Made by a program: the position numbers and the translations under genes. A stretch of 32,000 nt of DNA from Candidatus Electrothrix sp. GW3-4 (lineage in GTDB: Bacteria > Desulfobacterota > Desulfobulbia > Desulfobulbales > Desulfobulbaceae): the NCBI RefSeq assembly GCF_037902255.1, contig NZ_CP147990.1, positions 3,720,001-3,752,000 on the forward strand, in the 5' to 3' direction. How positions within the stretch are numbered: the first letter of the stretch is position 1; every line of letters begins with the position of its first letter. Below are positions 1 to 7,759 of the stretch, piece by piece. Under the pieces are notes generated by a model. It did no database searches and was not told where the DNA came from. It was given only the letters and a program-made list of their open reading frames with translations.

Positions 1-105
1 AGTCAAAAAAAATAACGTATCAAATTTGTTATATATTGAACATTGATCAGTTAGCTTTGTCACTCGACAGGAACAGCAAAAAAATAGGAAGAAGAGGAAC
101 GCCGC

Positions 106-690
106 ATGAAAACTTTCAAACCAATTATTGTCTTTATACTTATGCTTCTGGTGGTGGATTCCGCAACCGCACAGGAGGTGCAGAGTGTAGTGCGAAGTCC
201 TCTGGGCGGTATAGCTGTCGGCCCTTCAGGGCTAGCAACTGCTGTAATACATACCCGACCTTACTGCTGCCCATCAACCGCACTGGAAGTATATACTGAT
301 GAAATAGTAGGAGAGGAGAATCTTCAATGGGTGCTGTTTGGATTCAGCGTCCCGATAGAAAAAAGCATGAGGGAAATATCCGGGGTTGAGGTATGTTATG
401 AGATTAAGTCTGATCTGCCAGGACGGACATATATCTCCCAGACAAGATTAACTGATATGAGTACCCCTGATGCAGCATATGTGCAGGTTGATGACAGCAC
501 AGATCGTACAGAACTCGGCCCGCAATGCTATATAAGCAACGGCCATTTTAAGCCTGACGGTTCCGTTGCTTTGCATCTGAAAGTCGTCTTTGGAGATCCC
601 GATGATACAATTACGATAGGCAGCACGAGGCTGCTTATAACTCATTCTTCGCCGCCGCTTGTAGCTCCTATGATGCTGCTTCTGGACTGA
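106..690 (+). CDS. Hypothetical secreted protein with 4 conserved Cys including a vicinal CC pair (paralog A of a tandem pair)
   Basis: 194-aa ORF with purine-rich GAAGAGGAA upstream. N-terminal signal peptide (MKTFKPIIVFILMLLVVDSATA/QE). About two-thirds aa identity by eye to the ORF at 839-1378. No family recognised. Confidence 0.7.
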   Translation: MKTFKPIIVFILMLLVVDSATAQEVQSVVRSPLGGIAVGPSGLATAVIHTRPYCCPSTALEVYTDEIVGEENLQWVLFGFSVPIEKSMREISGVEVCYEIKSDLPGRTYISQTRLTDMSTPDAAYVQVDDSTDRTELGPQCYISNGHFKPDGSVALHLKVVFGDPDDTITIGSTRLLITHSSPPLVAPMMLLLD

Positions 691-749
691 CTTGGAAAAA
701 AGAGAAGTAGAATCCGGTTACTCTATTCATAGAAAAGAATCATTCCACA

Positions 750-772
750 GGAAGCGAACTGCTTCCCTTTGT
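750..772 (+). terminator. Weak hairpin between the two paralog genes (GGAAGC-gaact-GCTTCC followed by CTTTGT)
   Basis: 6-bp perfect stem read directly from the sequence. The T-tract is poor, so terminator function is uncertain. Confidence 0.3.
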
Positions 773-838
773 CAAAAAAACAACTGGTATTATCAGGTAA
801 CGATAAGAGCTGAAAAACAAGAATAAGAGGAGAACAGC

Positions 839-1378
839 ATGAAGATTTTATTTAAATCAATCGTCGTCATCGCGCTTATGATGTCAGCGGCAGGGTCTGC
901 AACAGCGGAGGAAGTGCAAAGTATAGTGCAAAGTCCTCTGGGCGGTATAGCTGTCGGCCCTTCGGGACCGGCAAGTGCTGTGATATATACCCAACCTTAT
1001 TGCTGCCCTTCAACGGCACTTGAAGTACGTGCCAATAGCGTAGTGGGTGAGAATGATTTTCAATGGGTGAATTTCGGCCTTAGTCTTCCTATAGAAAACA
1101 ACATGAATGCAATATCCGAGGTTGAAGTTTGTTATCAAATTATATCTGCCCAGTCTGGAAGCACATATATCTCCCAGACAAGATTAACTGATATGAGTAC
1201 CCCTGATGCAGCAACAGTGAAACTTGATGACGGAACTGATCGCACTGATCTCGGCCCCCAATGTTACGTGACAAATGGTAACATTACCCCTGAGGGGACT
1301 ATTACGCTAGCACTGAAAGTCGTCTTTGGCGATACTGAAGATGCAATTATTATAGGTAGTACCAGGCTGCTGTTCTGA
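839..1378 (+). CDS. Hypothetical secreted protein with 4 conserved Cys including a vicinal CC pair (paralog B of a tandem pair)
   Basis: 179-aa ORF with SD AAGAGGAG 6 nt upstream. Signal peptide ending SATA/EE. Shares the motifs SPLGGIAVGPSG, PYCCPSTALEV, TYISQTRLTDMSTPDAA, LGPQCY and KVVFGD...IGSTRLL with the ORF at 106-690. Confidence 0.75.
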   Translation: MKILFKSIVVIALMMSAAGSATAEEVQSIVQSPLGGIAVGPSGPASAVIYTQPYCCPSTALEVRANSVVGENDFQWVNFGLSLPIENNMNAISEVEVCYQIISAQSGSTYISQTRLTDMSTPDAATVKLDDGTDRTDLGPQCYVTNGNITPEGTITLALKVVFGDTEDAIIIGSTRLLF

Positions 1379-1577
1379 TTTAAACATAAGCGGAGCCCTC
1401 CTCACAAATTCTGTCAACATTAACCAGAGAATCTTTAAACTGACACCGGATGAGTGATCGCCGAATCCTCCTCTGTCTCGTGCGAGACTTAATGCTTGCA
1501 GCAATGGGGTACCGAAAAAAATAACGGGTGGATTATTCAAAATCCAGATAGAAATTAACCAGGCATCTTGCTCCACT

Positions 1578-1724
1578 ATCCTGCTGGTGGAGCAGAACGC
1601 CCGGCTGGCGCTGAAATTTGCTCAGCGTGGTTATGTGCTGGAGAATGGAAAACTGGTCCTGGAGGGTAAAGCCGAGGACCTACTGGATGATCCGGCGGTG
1701 AAAAAGGCGTATTTGGGGGCCTAA
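1578..1724 (+). pseudogene. livF: 3' remnant (last ~49 codons) of a livF-type branched-chain amino acid ABC transporter ATP-binding gene
   Basis: In-frame translation is ILLVEQNARLALKFAQRGYVLENGKLVLEGKAEDLLDDPAVKKAYLGA*. This matches the conserved C-terminus of LivF/HAAT-family ATPases (ILLVEQNA...RGYVLENG...AYLG). The Walker A/B and signature regions are absent, and upstream sequence in the same frame has no similarity or start codon. Confidence 0.8.
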
Positions 1725-1809
1725 AGGTTTCCGTAGCGGTGGTTGATGACCAAACCGAAAAAAGAACGGATGTATGCGCTACAGCATTGCTCCATGCCAA
1801 TCTCAAGCA

Positions 1810-1845
1810 CGACGAACTACCCGTTTCGTCGCCTTTCTCTTTTAT
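1810..1845 (+). terminator. Candidate intrinsic terminator left behind with the livF remnant
   Basis: CGACGAA-ctacccgt-TTCGTCG (7-bp stem) followed by the T-rich CCTTTCTCTTTTATC, about 85 nt after the livF stop. Confidence 0.35.
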
Positions 1846-1987
1846 CTCCCCTTACCTCCACCTAACTCCATCCTCTGGACAAACAAACACGGCGTACAAA
1901 AATAACACTTCCCTCTTGTCGAGGTAAAAAAAATTGTACTTCGATAGTATTTATGCTATCCTAAAGAAAAAAGGTTAGTCTTTACTC

Positions 1988-2009
1988 ATGCTATGTGATC
2001 ACATAGCAT
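1988..2009. repeat. Perfect 22-bp palindrome ATGCTATGTGA/TCACATAGCAT (candidate operator), with an extra ATGCTAT half-site at 1953-1959
   Basis: Read directly: the two 11-nt arms are exact reverse complements. Lies in the AT-rich non-coding stretch about 190 nt upstream of the ORF at 2200. Confidence 0.85.
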
Positions 2010-2199
2010 CCCTCGGTAACCATATAAAAAAACAACACTGCGTATCGATTTCTTTACAATAGATTATTCTGAAATAAACTTGAGCCTTGCTCAGCACAGA
2101 TTGTCAATTTTCAATTAGGCCAAGGCATCCATTGAGATTAAAAAAATTAAACCACTTCTCATTTACTCAATTGAGTTCGATACTGACAGGGAGAACGAC

Positions 2200-2400
2200 A
2201 TGAAAACTACCGTTTACTTTGGTCGAGTGAGATCTGATTTTTTCTTCAAGGGAATCAAAGGTGCAAAGCAGTATGTAAAGGGTCAATGGGTTGCAGGTGA
2301 CCTGCGGCATGTCATGGGACGGCGTGTATTTATGGCAGACGGTTTTTTCCTCAATCCCCAGCGCTTTGACAAGATGAAGGTATCCAGTATGGCCAGTTGA
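2200..2400 (+). CDS. Doubtful small hypothetical protein (66 aa)
   Basis: ORF with GGGAGA 6 nt upstream of the ATG. No recognisable family. An 83-aa ORF on the opposite strand (2167-2418) covers the same DNA, so either or neither may be real. Confidence 0.3.
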   Translation: MKTTVYFGRVRSDFFFKGIKGAKQYVKGQWVAGDLRHVMGRRVFMADGFFLNPQRFDKMKVSSMAS

Positions 2401-2726
2401 AACGCAGGCTCTCACCATCAGGAGAAAAAATTTTCAGAAATTGCTCAGGGTTGCCTAAGCAATGTATAAAGCGTGCGTATCCTTACACCCGATATCCTGA
2501 ACAACAAGATATTTCTCCTGGGAACGGTGTGAATTTTTTACCTCTGCCACAACAAAAAAAATACACTTACCAATAAATAACATTATCAAACAGTTACTCC
2601 TCCCAGAAAAAGATTGACTTGGACATTCAAGTATGATTCTTTAGTATAATTACTTATCGCGTTGAGTTGCTGGATAAATATTACACACCCAACAACGACA
2701 GCGACAACAAGGCGGGAGGATAAAAA

Positions 2727-3218
2727 ATGTTACACTTGAAAAAAGAAGACGACTATAACAATAGGGTTATTGAATTAATCTACGCATGCCCACTCAATCA
2801 AAAAAAAGGAACTTGTCCATTAAAGAGAATAAGAACAAAAGATTTTGATAAAAAAATAAAATGGCTAAAGAATTTATCTCTGGCCACAAAGAAATCCATA
2901 TATCAATACCATTTGATATGCTATCTCAAAAATAAATCAACAGAAGGAGAATTATTCCCTCAAAAAACACTAGAGGAAAAAGGGGACATTACTGTCAGCA
3001 AGAAGGCAAAAAGCATGGCTTCAAAATGTAAAAGAAAAATATCCTGCTTAGAGGGGAAAAAAAGAAAAATTTGCGAAGCAAAAAGATGCCTTCTGGAGTC
3101 GGCACTCTACATAAGATTTAACGATCAGGAATCTTGCAATTATCATTATTCTGTTGGTGGCGATTCTTTTTGTTCGTGCCCTGTACGCAAAGAAATTTTC
3201 AAAAAATATGAGGCATAG
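2727..3218 (+). CDS. Hypothetical Lys-rich, Cys-rich protein (163 aa) in a low-GC island
   Basis: Strong SD GGGAGGA 7 nt upstream of the ATG. About 30-35% GC versus about 52% in the flanks. Several Cys in CPL...CPL, C-x6-C, C-x4-C and CSC arrangements. No signal peptide and no family recognised. Confidence 0.6.
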   Translation: MLHLKKEDDYNNRVIELIYACPLNQKKGTCPLKRIRTKDFDKKIKWLKNLSLATKKSIYQYHLICYLKNKSTEGELFPQKTLEEKGDITVSKKAKSMASKCKRKISCLEGKKRKICEAKRCLLESALYIRFNDQESCNYHYSVGGDSFCSCPVRKEIFKKYEA

Positions 3219-3428
3219 AGAACCAACGAAGCAGATGCAGATGCAGAGATCTGGCACCTTCAAAAGAAGGCATCCATCAAGAAAACAACCAGCTAGCACC
3301 TACCTTGCCATCAACCACATTCTTCTTCGCTGGGCTGATTCCGGTCCAGAAGACCTCAAGTAACAGACCGCAACATCTAACCAACAAGCAAAAAAACGCC
3401 CGGTTGAGTACGCAAAAATTCATACATC

Positions 3429-4919
3429 CTACAGCGATGATTGTTGTCCGTTCATCTCCCTGTACAGCTTCAAGGCCATCACTCCGACAATCATCACACC
3501 TGAGACCAGAACCGCCCAAAGCAACCAACGCCCCCAAGGCATGTCCTGAGCCACTTCAAGCCTCGCCTCACCTCCAAGGACTTTCTGTGCCCCAGTCTGC
3601 GCAGGCGCAACCAGTTTTTTTTCGTTCTGCGGATCAACGACCTTGAGCAGTCGATCTACCTGGGAGCCTGCTGCTTCCAAGCCTACCCGTCCGTAGGCCA
3701 GAGTATACGGTTTCTTTCCCTGAGCCAAAAAGACTAATTGTCCGGGCAGCCACCCCAGTTCCAAGGTCGGCGCCTGATCAATAGCGCTGTTCGCCTCAAG
3801 CTCCAGCCGCCAATACCGGTCAGTGGTGCGCTTGATGGCGATGGTCCCGCTGTCCAAATTCAGACCATCAACGGTCAGTCTATAGACCAACACGGAGGCC
3901 CGTCGCCTCCAGGAGGCCTCTTGATCTGCTCTGGAGAAAACCGCAACCTGAGACAGAGCGTTCTGCTCAGGCAAGCGAATATTAAGTTGATCCACTGGAA
4001 AAAATCCTTTGCTGTCATACTGGTACCGCAATACCCCCTGTTCAGTAACCGGCAAGGCTTCACCAGTCAATGAGAACATCGTGCGGGGAAAGGACTGTGT
4101 TTCCCTATTATATCCAGCTTTGACGCCGGTCACCCTCACTCCGTTTTCCCCGGCAGGCCAAGAAATACGGAGATAGGTCTTACGATGGACACCTTGGGGG
4201 ACAGCAATCCTTTTCCGCAGCAGGGTATGGCCGCCAAAACGAAGTTCTGCCAAGGCAACTAAGCGAACCTGCGTCTGCCAGCTGTTCAGGTCATTACTCG
4301 CATCCACCTGCACCGAGGTAGAAAATTGTTCACCCTGCCCCTCCCAGGCAAACTCCAGCCAGTCCGCAGGATATTCCAGCCCGCTGGTATCCAGGATATA
4401 GGCCGTAACGATCTGGTTGCCCCCACCCGGAACATTCTGGCGAATATCAATAATGGTTCCCTGGCTATTGGTGGCAATGTGGAGATCAGGAGGCGAGCCG
4501 CTGCGCCCCCGCCTCTCACTGAGCAAGGGGAAAAAAGGGAGGGCCTTGGCCGGTCGTTTTGTTTCCTTGCTGACCTGAGGCCGGAGGAGATGCGGCACAG
4601 GATGACTGGCGTTAAAGACCCGCAGATCGCCGAGATCAGCCCTGGTACAGCCCTGATAAACAGCCGCCGGGATGTCCAGTCCGTAAATAGCATGATTGCC
4701 GCTGATTGTCAGGTCCATACCATAGGCAAAGTCCTCCCGCTGCAAGGGACGCTCGTTGCCACCGGCTTGAACAGAAGAACCGCATGCAAGAAGAAAAACC
4801 AATATCAAAAATTCCCCAAAATTCCTAAAAAACAACCTCTCGGTTTCCCCTGAGGTCCCGTAGGGGCGACCGGCTGGTCGCCCTATAATATCCCCCATAA
4901 TCTCTCCAAATAAGTTCAT
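3429..4919 (-). CDS. DUF3999-like envelope protein (N-terminal signal/lipobox-like LLAC, C-terminal TM anchor)
   Basis: 496-aa ORF. ATGA start/stop overlap with the upstream gene, and SD GGAGGAGG 6 nt upstream. Hydrophobic N-terminal segment FLILVFLLACGSSVQA and C-terminal helix WLLWAVLVSGVMIVGVMAL. Family call is from remembered architecture and pairing with DUF2339, not from a search. Confidence 0.8.
   Translation of the reverse strand: MNLFGEIMGDIIGRPAGRPYGTSGETERLFFRNFGEFLILVFLLACGSSVQAGGNERPLQREDFAYGMDLTISGNHAIYGLDIPAAVYQGCTRADLGDLRVFNASHPVPHLLRPQVSKETKRPAKALPFFPLLSERRGRSGSPPDLHIATNSQGTIIDIRQNVPGGGNQIVTAYILDTSGLEYPADWLEFAWEGQGEQFSTSVQVDASNDLNSWQTQVRLVALAELRFGGHTLLRKRIAVPQGVHRKTYLRISWPAGENGVRVTGVKAGYNRETQSFPRTMFSLTGEALPVTEQGVLRYQYDSKGFFPVDQLNIRLPEQNALSQVAVFSRADQEASWRRRASVLVYRLTVDGLNLDSGTIAIKRTTDRYWRLELEANSAIDQAPTLELGWLPGQLVFLAQGKKPYTLAYGRVGLEAAGSQVDRLLKVVDPQNEKKLVAPAQTGAQKVLGGEARLEVAQDMPWGRWLLWAVLVSGVMIVGVMALKLYREMNGQQSSL
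4861..4885. repeat. REP-like GC-rich palindrome variant (GGGCGACC-ggct-GGTCGCCC) embedded in the 5' coding region of the DUF3999-like gene
   Basis: 8-bp perfect stem read directly. Translates on the minus strand as GRPAGRPYG. The arm GGGCGACC recurs next to the palindrome at 20591-20628. Confidence 0.6.
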
Positions 4920-7759
4920 AATGCCTCCTCCTGTTCAATCCGCGCAGGGGGTAAGGGTGCAAAATAGCCGATGATCATCAGCAGAACACCGACGGCTAAA
5001 AAGGAAACAATTCGCTCCACAGTACCGCTGTTCGCCAGATCAACCAGGAAGAGTTTGGCCACCGTGCTAGCGACCAGCACTACCCCAATTAACCACAAGA
5101 CCCGGTGTTTCAAACGATGCGCTGTCACCATCAAAATCAGAGAAAGGACTCCCCAGAGAATAGCAAGTGCGGCCTGATAAAGCTGGGAGTCCAGCATGGG
5201 TGCAAAATCAAAGCGGACACCAGCCAAGTGATGTACTGAGCGTGCCAAAAGGGTGTTCAGCCAGATGAAGAGCGTGCCTCCTCCGAGAGCAATAAAAAGA
5301 GAAGATGGAATTACCTCCGTCAGAAACTTTTGGTGATGCAGCAGCCAACCCGCCATCAAAATCAAGACAATAAGTTGGCTCAGTTCAAGAGGATTGACAA
5401 GAGGGATGAACGGCAGGGGTGGGGCATTACCGGAAACAAGAAGAGACCCGGTCAACAACCAAAGCCAGGAAAAAAAGAGAAGGCATCCTGAGCCCTGTTC
5501 ATCGTACTGCGCACCATATTCAGAAAAAGGCCATCGCCTGGAAGGTTGACAGCCTTGGACTAAGCGCACTATCCCCATGGGGATAAGGCCCCAAAGGAGA
5601 AAGGGCCAACAGCTGGTGCGGCCTGCCGTTCCCATCCTGCTCGCAAAATCATAAACGTGCCAAACTGTCTCAGCACTCATGAGCAACGTTAACAGAAGAT
5701 AGCTGCCGACATGGATGCAGGAGAGAAAACCCTGATACAGCCACTCACGTCCTTTGTACAGACAGTAATAAAGGAGAAAAAAAGACAGCGGCCAAGCCAA
5801 CCAGCCAAGATGAGAAAAAAAATGCCTGCCAGATATAATGCCGTAGAACAAACTGTACCAATCTATTCCTTCCGTACTGACTAACAACATTACCGGCAGC
5901 AATCCCAAACTCGGCCAGGCCGCTATGGGCCAGGAAATCCGCCGCGCCAGCGTGATCATGGCCGCACAACTCAACCCAACAAAGAGCAGCACTGCATAAT
6001 TTTGGTAGATATAGTAGGGAACGAGTTGGTAATTCAACTCATTGATCCCACCGCCGAACCACCAGATGACACCCCAGACAAAGAGGAGAAGATGGTGAAA
6101 GCCTTCAAACTCGCTCAGATTCTCCGCCCGATAGAGATACCAGGAGGAAAACAGGGCAGAGAGACTGATGATCAGGCAACCTAGATAGACCCCGTTGAAC
6201 AGGATTATCCGCTCATCAGCAGGATGGGTGCCAGCCAGGAAGAAGAAGGCCGCGACCAGCTGGAGCAGGGCCCCGAAATTCCTGGGGAGTATCCGATTCT
6301 GACGCACACCCAGCCAAATCAAGGCTGCCCCCTCCAGGGCCCATGTCACCGCTGTCCATCTGCCGCTCAGGGCCAGGGGCACTGCCAGGGTGACAAAGAC
6401 GATCCCCAGGGCGAGAAAGGCCTCGGTCAGGGTACGCATGCCCTGGCGCAGCCGTTCATTGCCCCTATTCCAGAGGAACCGTGCCAATCCGACATAAAAA
6501 AGGCTGGTCAACAGGGCGCTGATCGCCAGCCCGTATTTGATGTCTTTGACCAGGGCCGTCTGGAGGGAAAAACAGATAATTGGGGTACCGAAGACCAAGG
6601 TGCCATCCACGTAGCCCCGCAGCTTGGGAGGTTGACGGAAGGCGAACAGGACCCCGATCAAGGTGAACATCAGGAAAAAGAGGATAAGGAAGGGTTCTGT
6701 GCTGGCAAAATAGCGGGGCTCATAATTCCTCACCCCCCATGCACTACCAATCCCCAGGGTAAAGAAAAAGCCGAGCAGGTTGAGGACCCGCCAGGCCTTG
6801 AACCAGGCAATGATCAGGATACCGGCATTGAGCAGGGCATAATAACTGAACAGAGCCACGTGGTTGCCGCTATCGGTAGAGAGCAGGACCGGGGCCAAAA
6901 AGCCGCCAATCGCCCCAAACAGGGCCAGGGGTTTGGCATCCTGAAGCAGGGCCAGGGCCGCAGAGGTACAGACCAGCCCCACCATAATGGCAAAGGCCAG
7001 ACCCTCCGGCAATAAGGCATAGAGCTTAAAGGCGGCAAAGACATCAAGAAAAAGCAGGCCAATGCCGCCGCCCTGCATCAACAGGGCGAAACCTGCTCTC
7101 TTGAGCCGCAGCTTCCAGCCAAAGAGCAGCATGGCGATCCCGGTCAGAGCTACGCCAAGCAGGCGCAACTCTATGGGCAACATTTCGCGTTCCGCAGCAT
7201 ATTTGAGAAGAAAGGCAACCCCAAAGAAAAGGACCAGCAGCCCCACCCGCAGCACCACATTGCCCTGGGTGAAAAAGCTCCAAAGGGAGACAAGCATCCG
7301 CTCAAGCGGGTCGGCAATAGGTGCTGTCGGCGGCGTTGAAGGAAAAACAAAGGTGGGAGGATGTACCGATTTATCCAGGATAGCCCCAGGCATTTCTGCC
7401 CTGCTCTGCCCCCCCGGTGTTTCCTCGGCTTTTACTGGACGGGTCTCCGCAGGAACGGATGTTTTCTCCAGGGGCGTTGCTTCCGCTGGCTGACGAATAG
7501 GGCTTTGTTTTTTTTCTGCCCTTGCTGGAGATTCGGCAGCAGCAACAGGTTGCGTTAACGTTTTTTCACGATATCGGAGAAGGGTCTCAAGCTCCTTGAG
7601 CCGCTTTTCAAGCCGACCTAATGCACCCTTCTGGATAAAGTTTCTCGCCAGCAGAAAACCGAGTACCATGCCGACAAACAACCCTTTAACATCATCGAAG
7701 ATCCCGGCGAACAGGATACCGCCCGCAATGGTGCTGATAATCGTTTTGATCCTGCCCAC
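4916..7759 (-). CDS. DUF2339-like large polytopic membrane protein
   Basis: 947-aa ORF. Starts with a short N-terminal TM, then a coiled-coil segment (LGRLEKRLKELETLLRYRE) and a Pro/Ala/Glu-rich linker. More than 20 predicted hydrophobic helices follow to the C-terminus. Architecture is typical of PF10101-type proteins as I remember them. Confidence 0.85.
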   Translation of the reverse strand: MGRIKTIISTIAGGILFAGIFDDVKGLFVGMVLGFLLARNFIQKGALGRLEKRLKELETLLRYREKTLTQPVAAAESPARAEKKQSPIRQPAEATPLEKTSVPAETRPVKAEETPGGQSRAEMPGAILDKSVHPPTFVFPSTPPTAPIADPLERMLVSLWSFFTQGNVVLRVGLLVLFFGVAFLLKYAAEREMLPIELRLLGVALTGIAMLLFGWKLRLKRAGFALLMQGGGIGLLFLDVFAAFKLYALLPEGLAFAIMVGLVCTSAALALLQDAKPLALFGAIGGFLAPVLLSTDSGNHVALFSYYALLNAGILIIAWFKAWRVLNLLGFFFTLGIGSAWGVRNYEPRYFASTEPFLILFFLMFTLIGVLFAFRQPPKLRGYVDGTLVFGTPIICFSLQTALVKDIKYGLAISALLTSLFYVGLARFLWNRGNERLRQGMRTLTEAFLALGIVFVTLAVPLALSGRWTAVTWALEGAALIWLGVRQNRILPRNFGALLQLVAAFFFLAGTHPADERIILFNGVYLGCLIISLSALFSSWYLYRAENLSEFEGFHHLLLFVWGVIWWFGGGINELNYQLVPYYIYQNYAVLLFVGLSCAAMITLARRISWPIAAWPSLGLLPVMLLVSTEGIDWYSLFYGIISGRHFFSHLGWLAWPLSFFLLYYCLYKGREWLYQGFLSCIHVGSYLLLTLLMSAETVWHVYDFASRMGTAGRTSCWPFLLWGLIPMGIVRLVQGCQPSRRWPFSEYGAQYDEQGSGCLLFFSWLWLLTGSLLVSGNAPPLPFIPLVNPLELSQLIVLILMAGWLLHHQKFLTEVIPSSLFIALGGGTLFIWLNTLLARSVHHLAGVRFDFAPMLDSQLYQAALAILWGVLSLILMVTAHRLKHRVLWLIGVVLVASTVAKLFLVDLANSGTVERIVSFLAVGVLLMIIGYFAPLPPARIEQEEAL

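Noticed and set aside
36-299. 87-aa plus-strand ORF overlapping the first secreted-protein gene
   Set aside because: It is out of frame with the 106-690 ORF, which is supported by a signal peptide and a conserved paralog. The product is compositionally odd and has no RBS.
1307-1806. Two minus-strand ORFs (89 and 76 aa) across the paralog-B end and the livF remnant
   Set aside because: The plus strand at 1578-1724 gives an unmistakable LivF C-terminus. The minus-strand products have no features, and they overlap a region best explained as a gene remnant.
3231-3250. Short tandem repeat GCAGAT GCAGAT GCAGAG
   Set aside because: There are only about three units with no wider periodicity. It is probably a chance microsatellite in non-coding DNA.
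3154-3646. Plus-strand ORFs of 69 and 113 aa after the Lys/Cys-rich gene
   Set aside because: There is no RBS and the products are Pro/Ser/Arg-rich nonsense-like sequences. The second overlaps the 3' end of the DUF3999-like gene on the other strand.
6224-7015. 263-aa plus-strand ORF rich in G/Q/E/P/D
   Set aside because: It is antisense to the DUF2339-like membrane gene. The compositional bias is the mirror image of Leu/Ala/Gly-rich TM codons, and there is no RBS. The same reasoning applies to 4326-4853, 7062-7493 and the other short ORFs overlapping 3429-7759.
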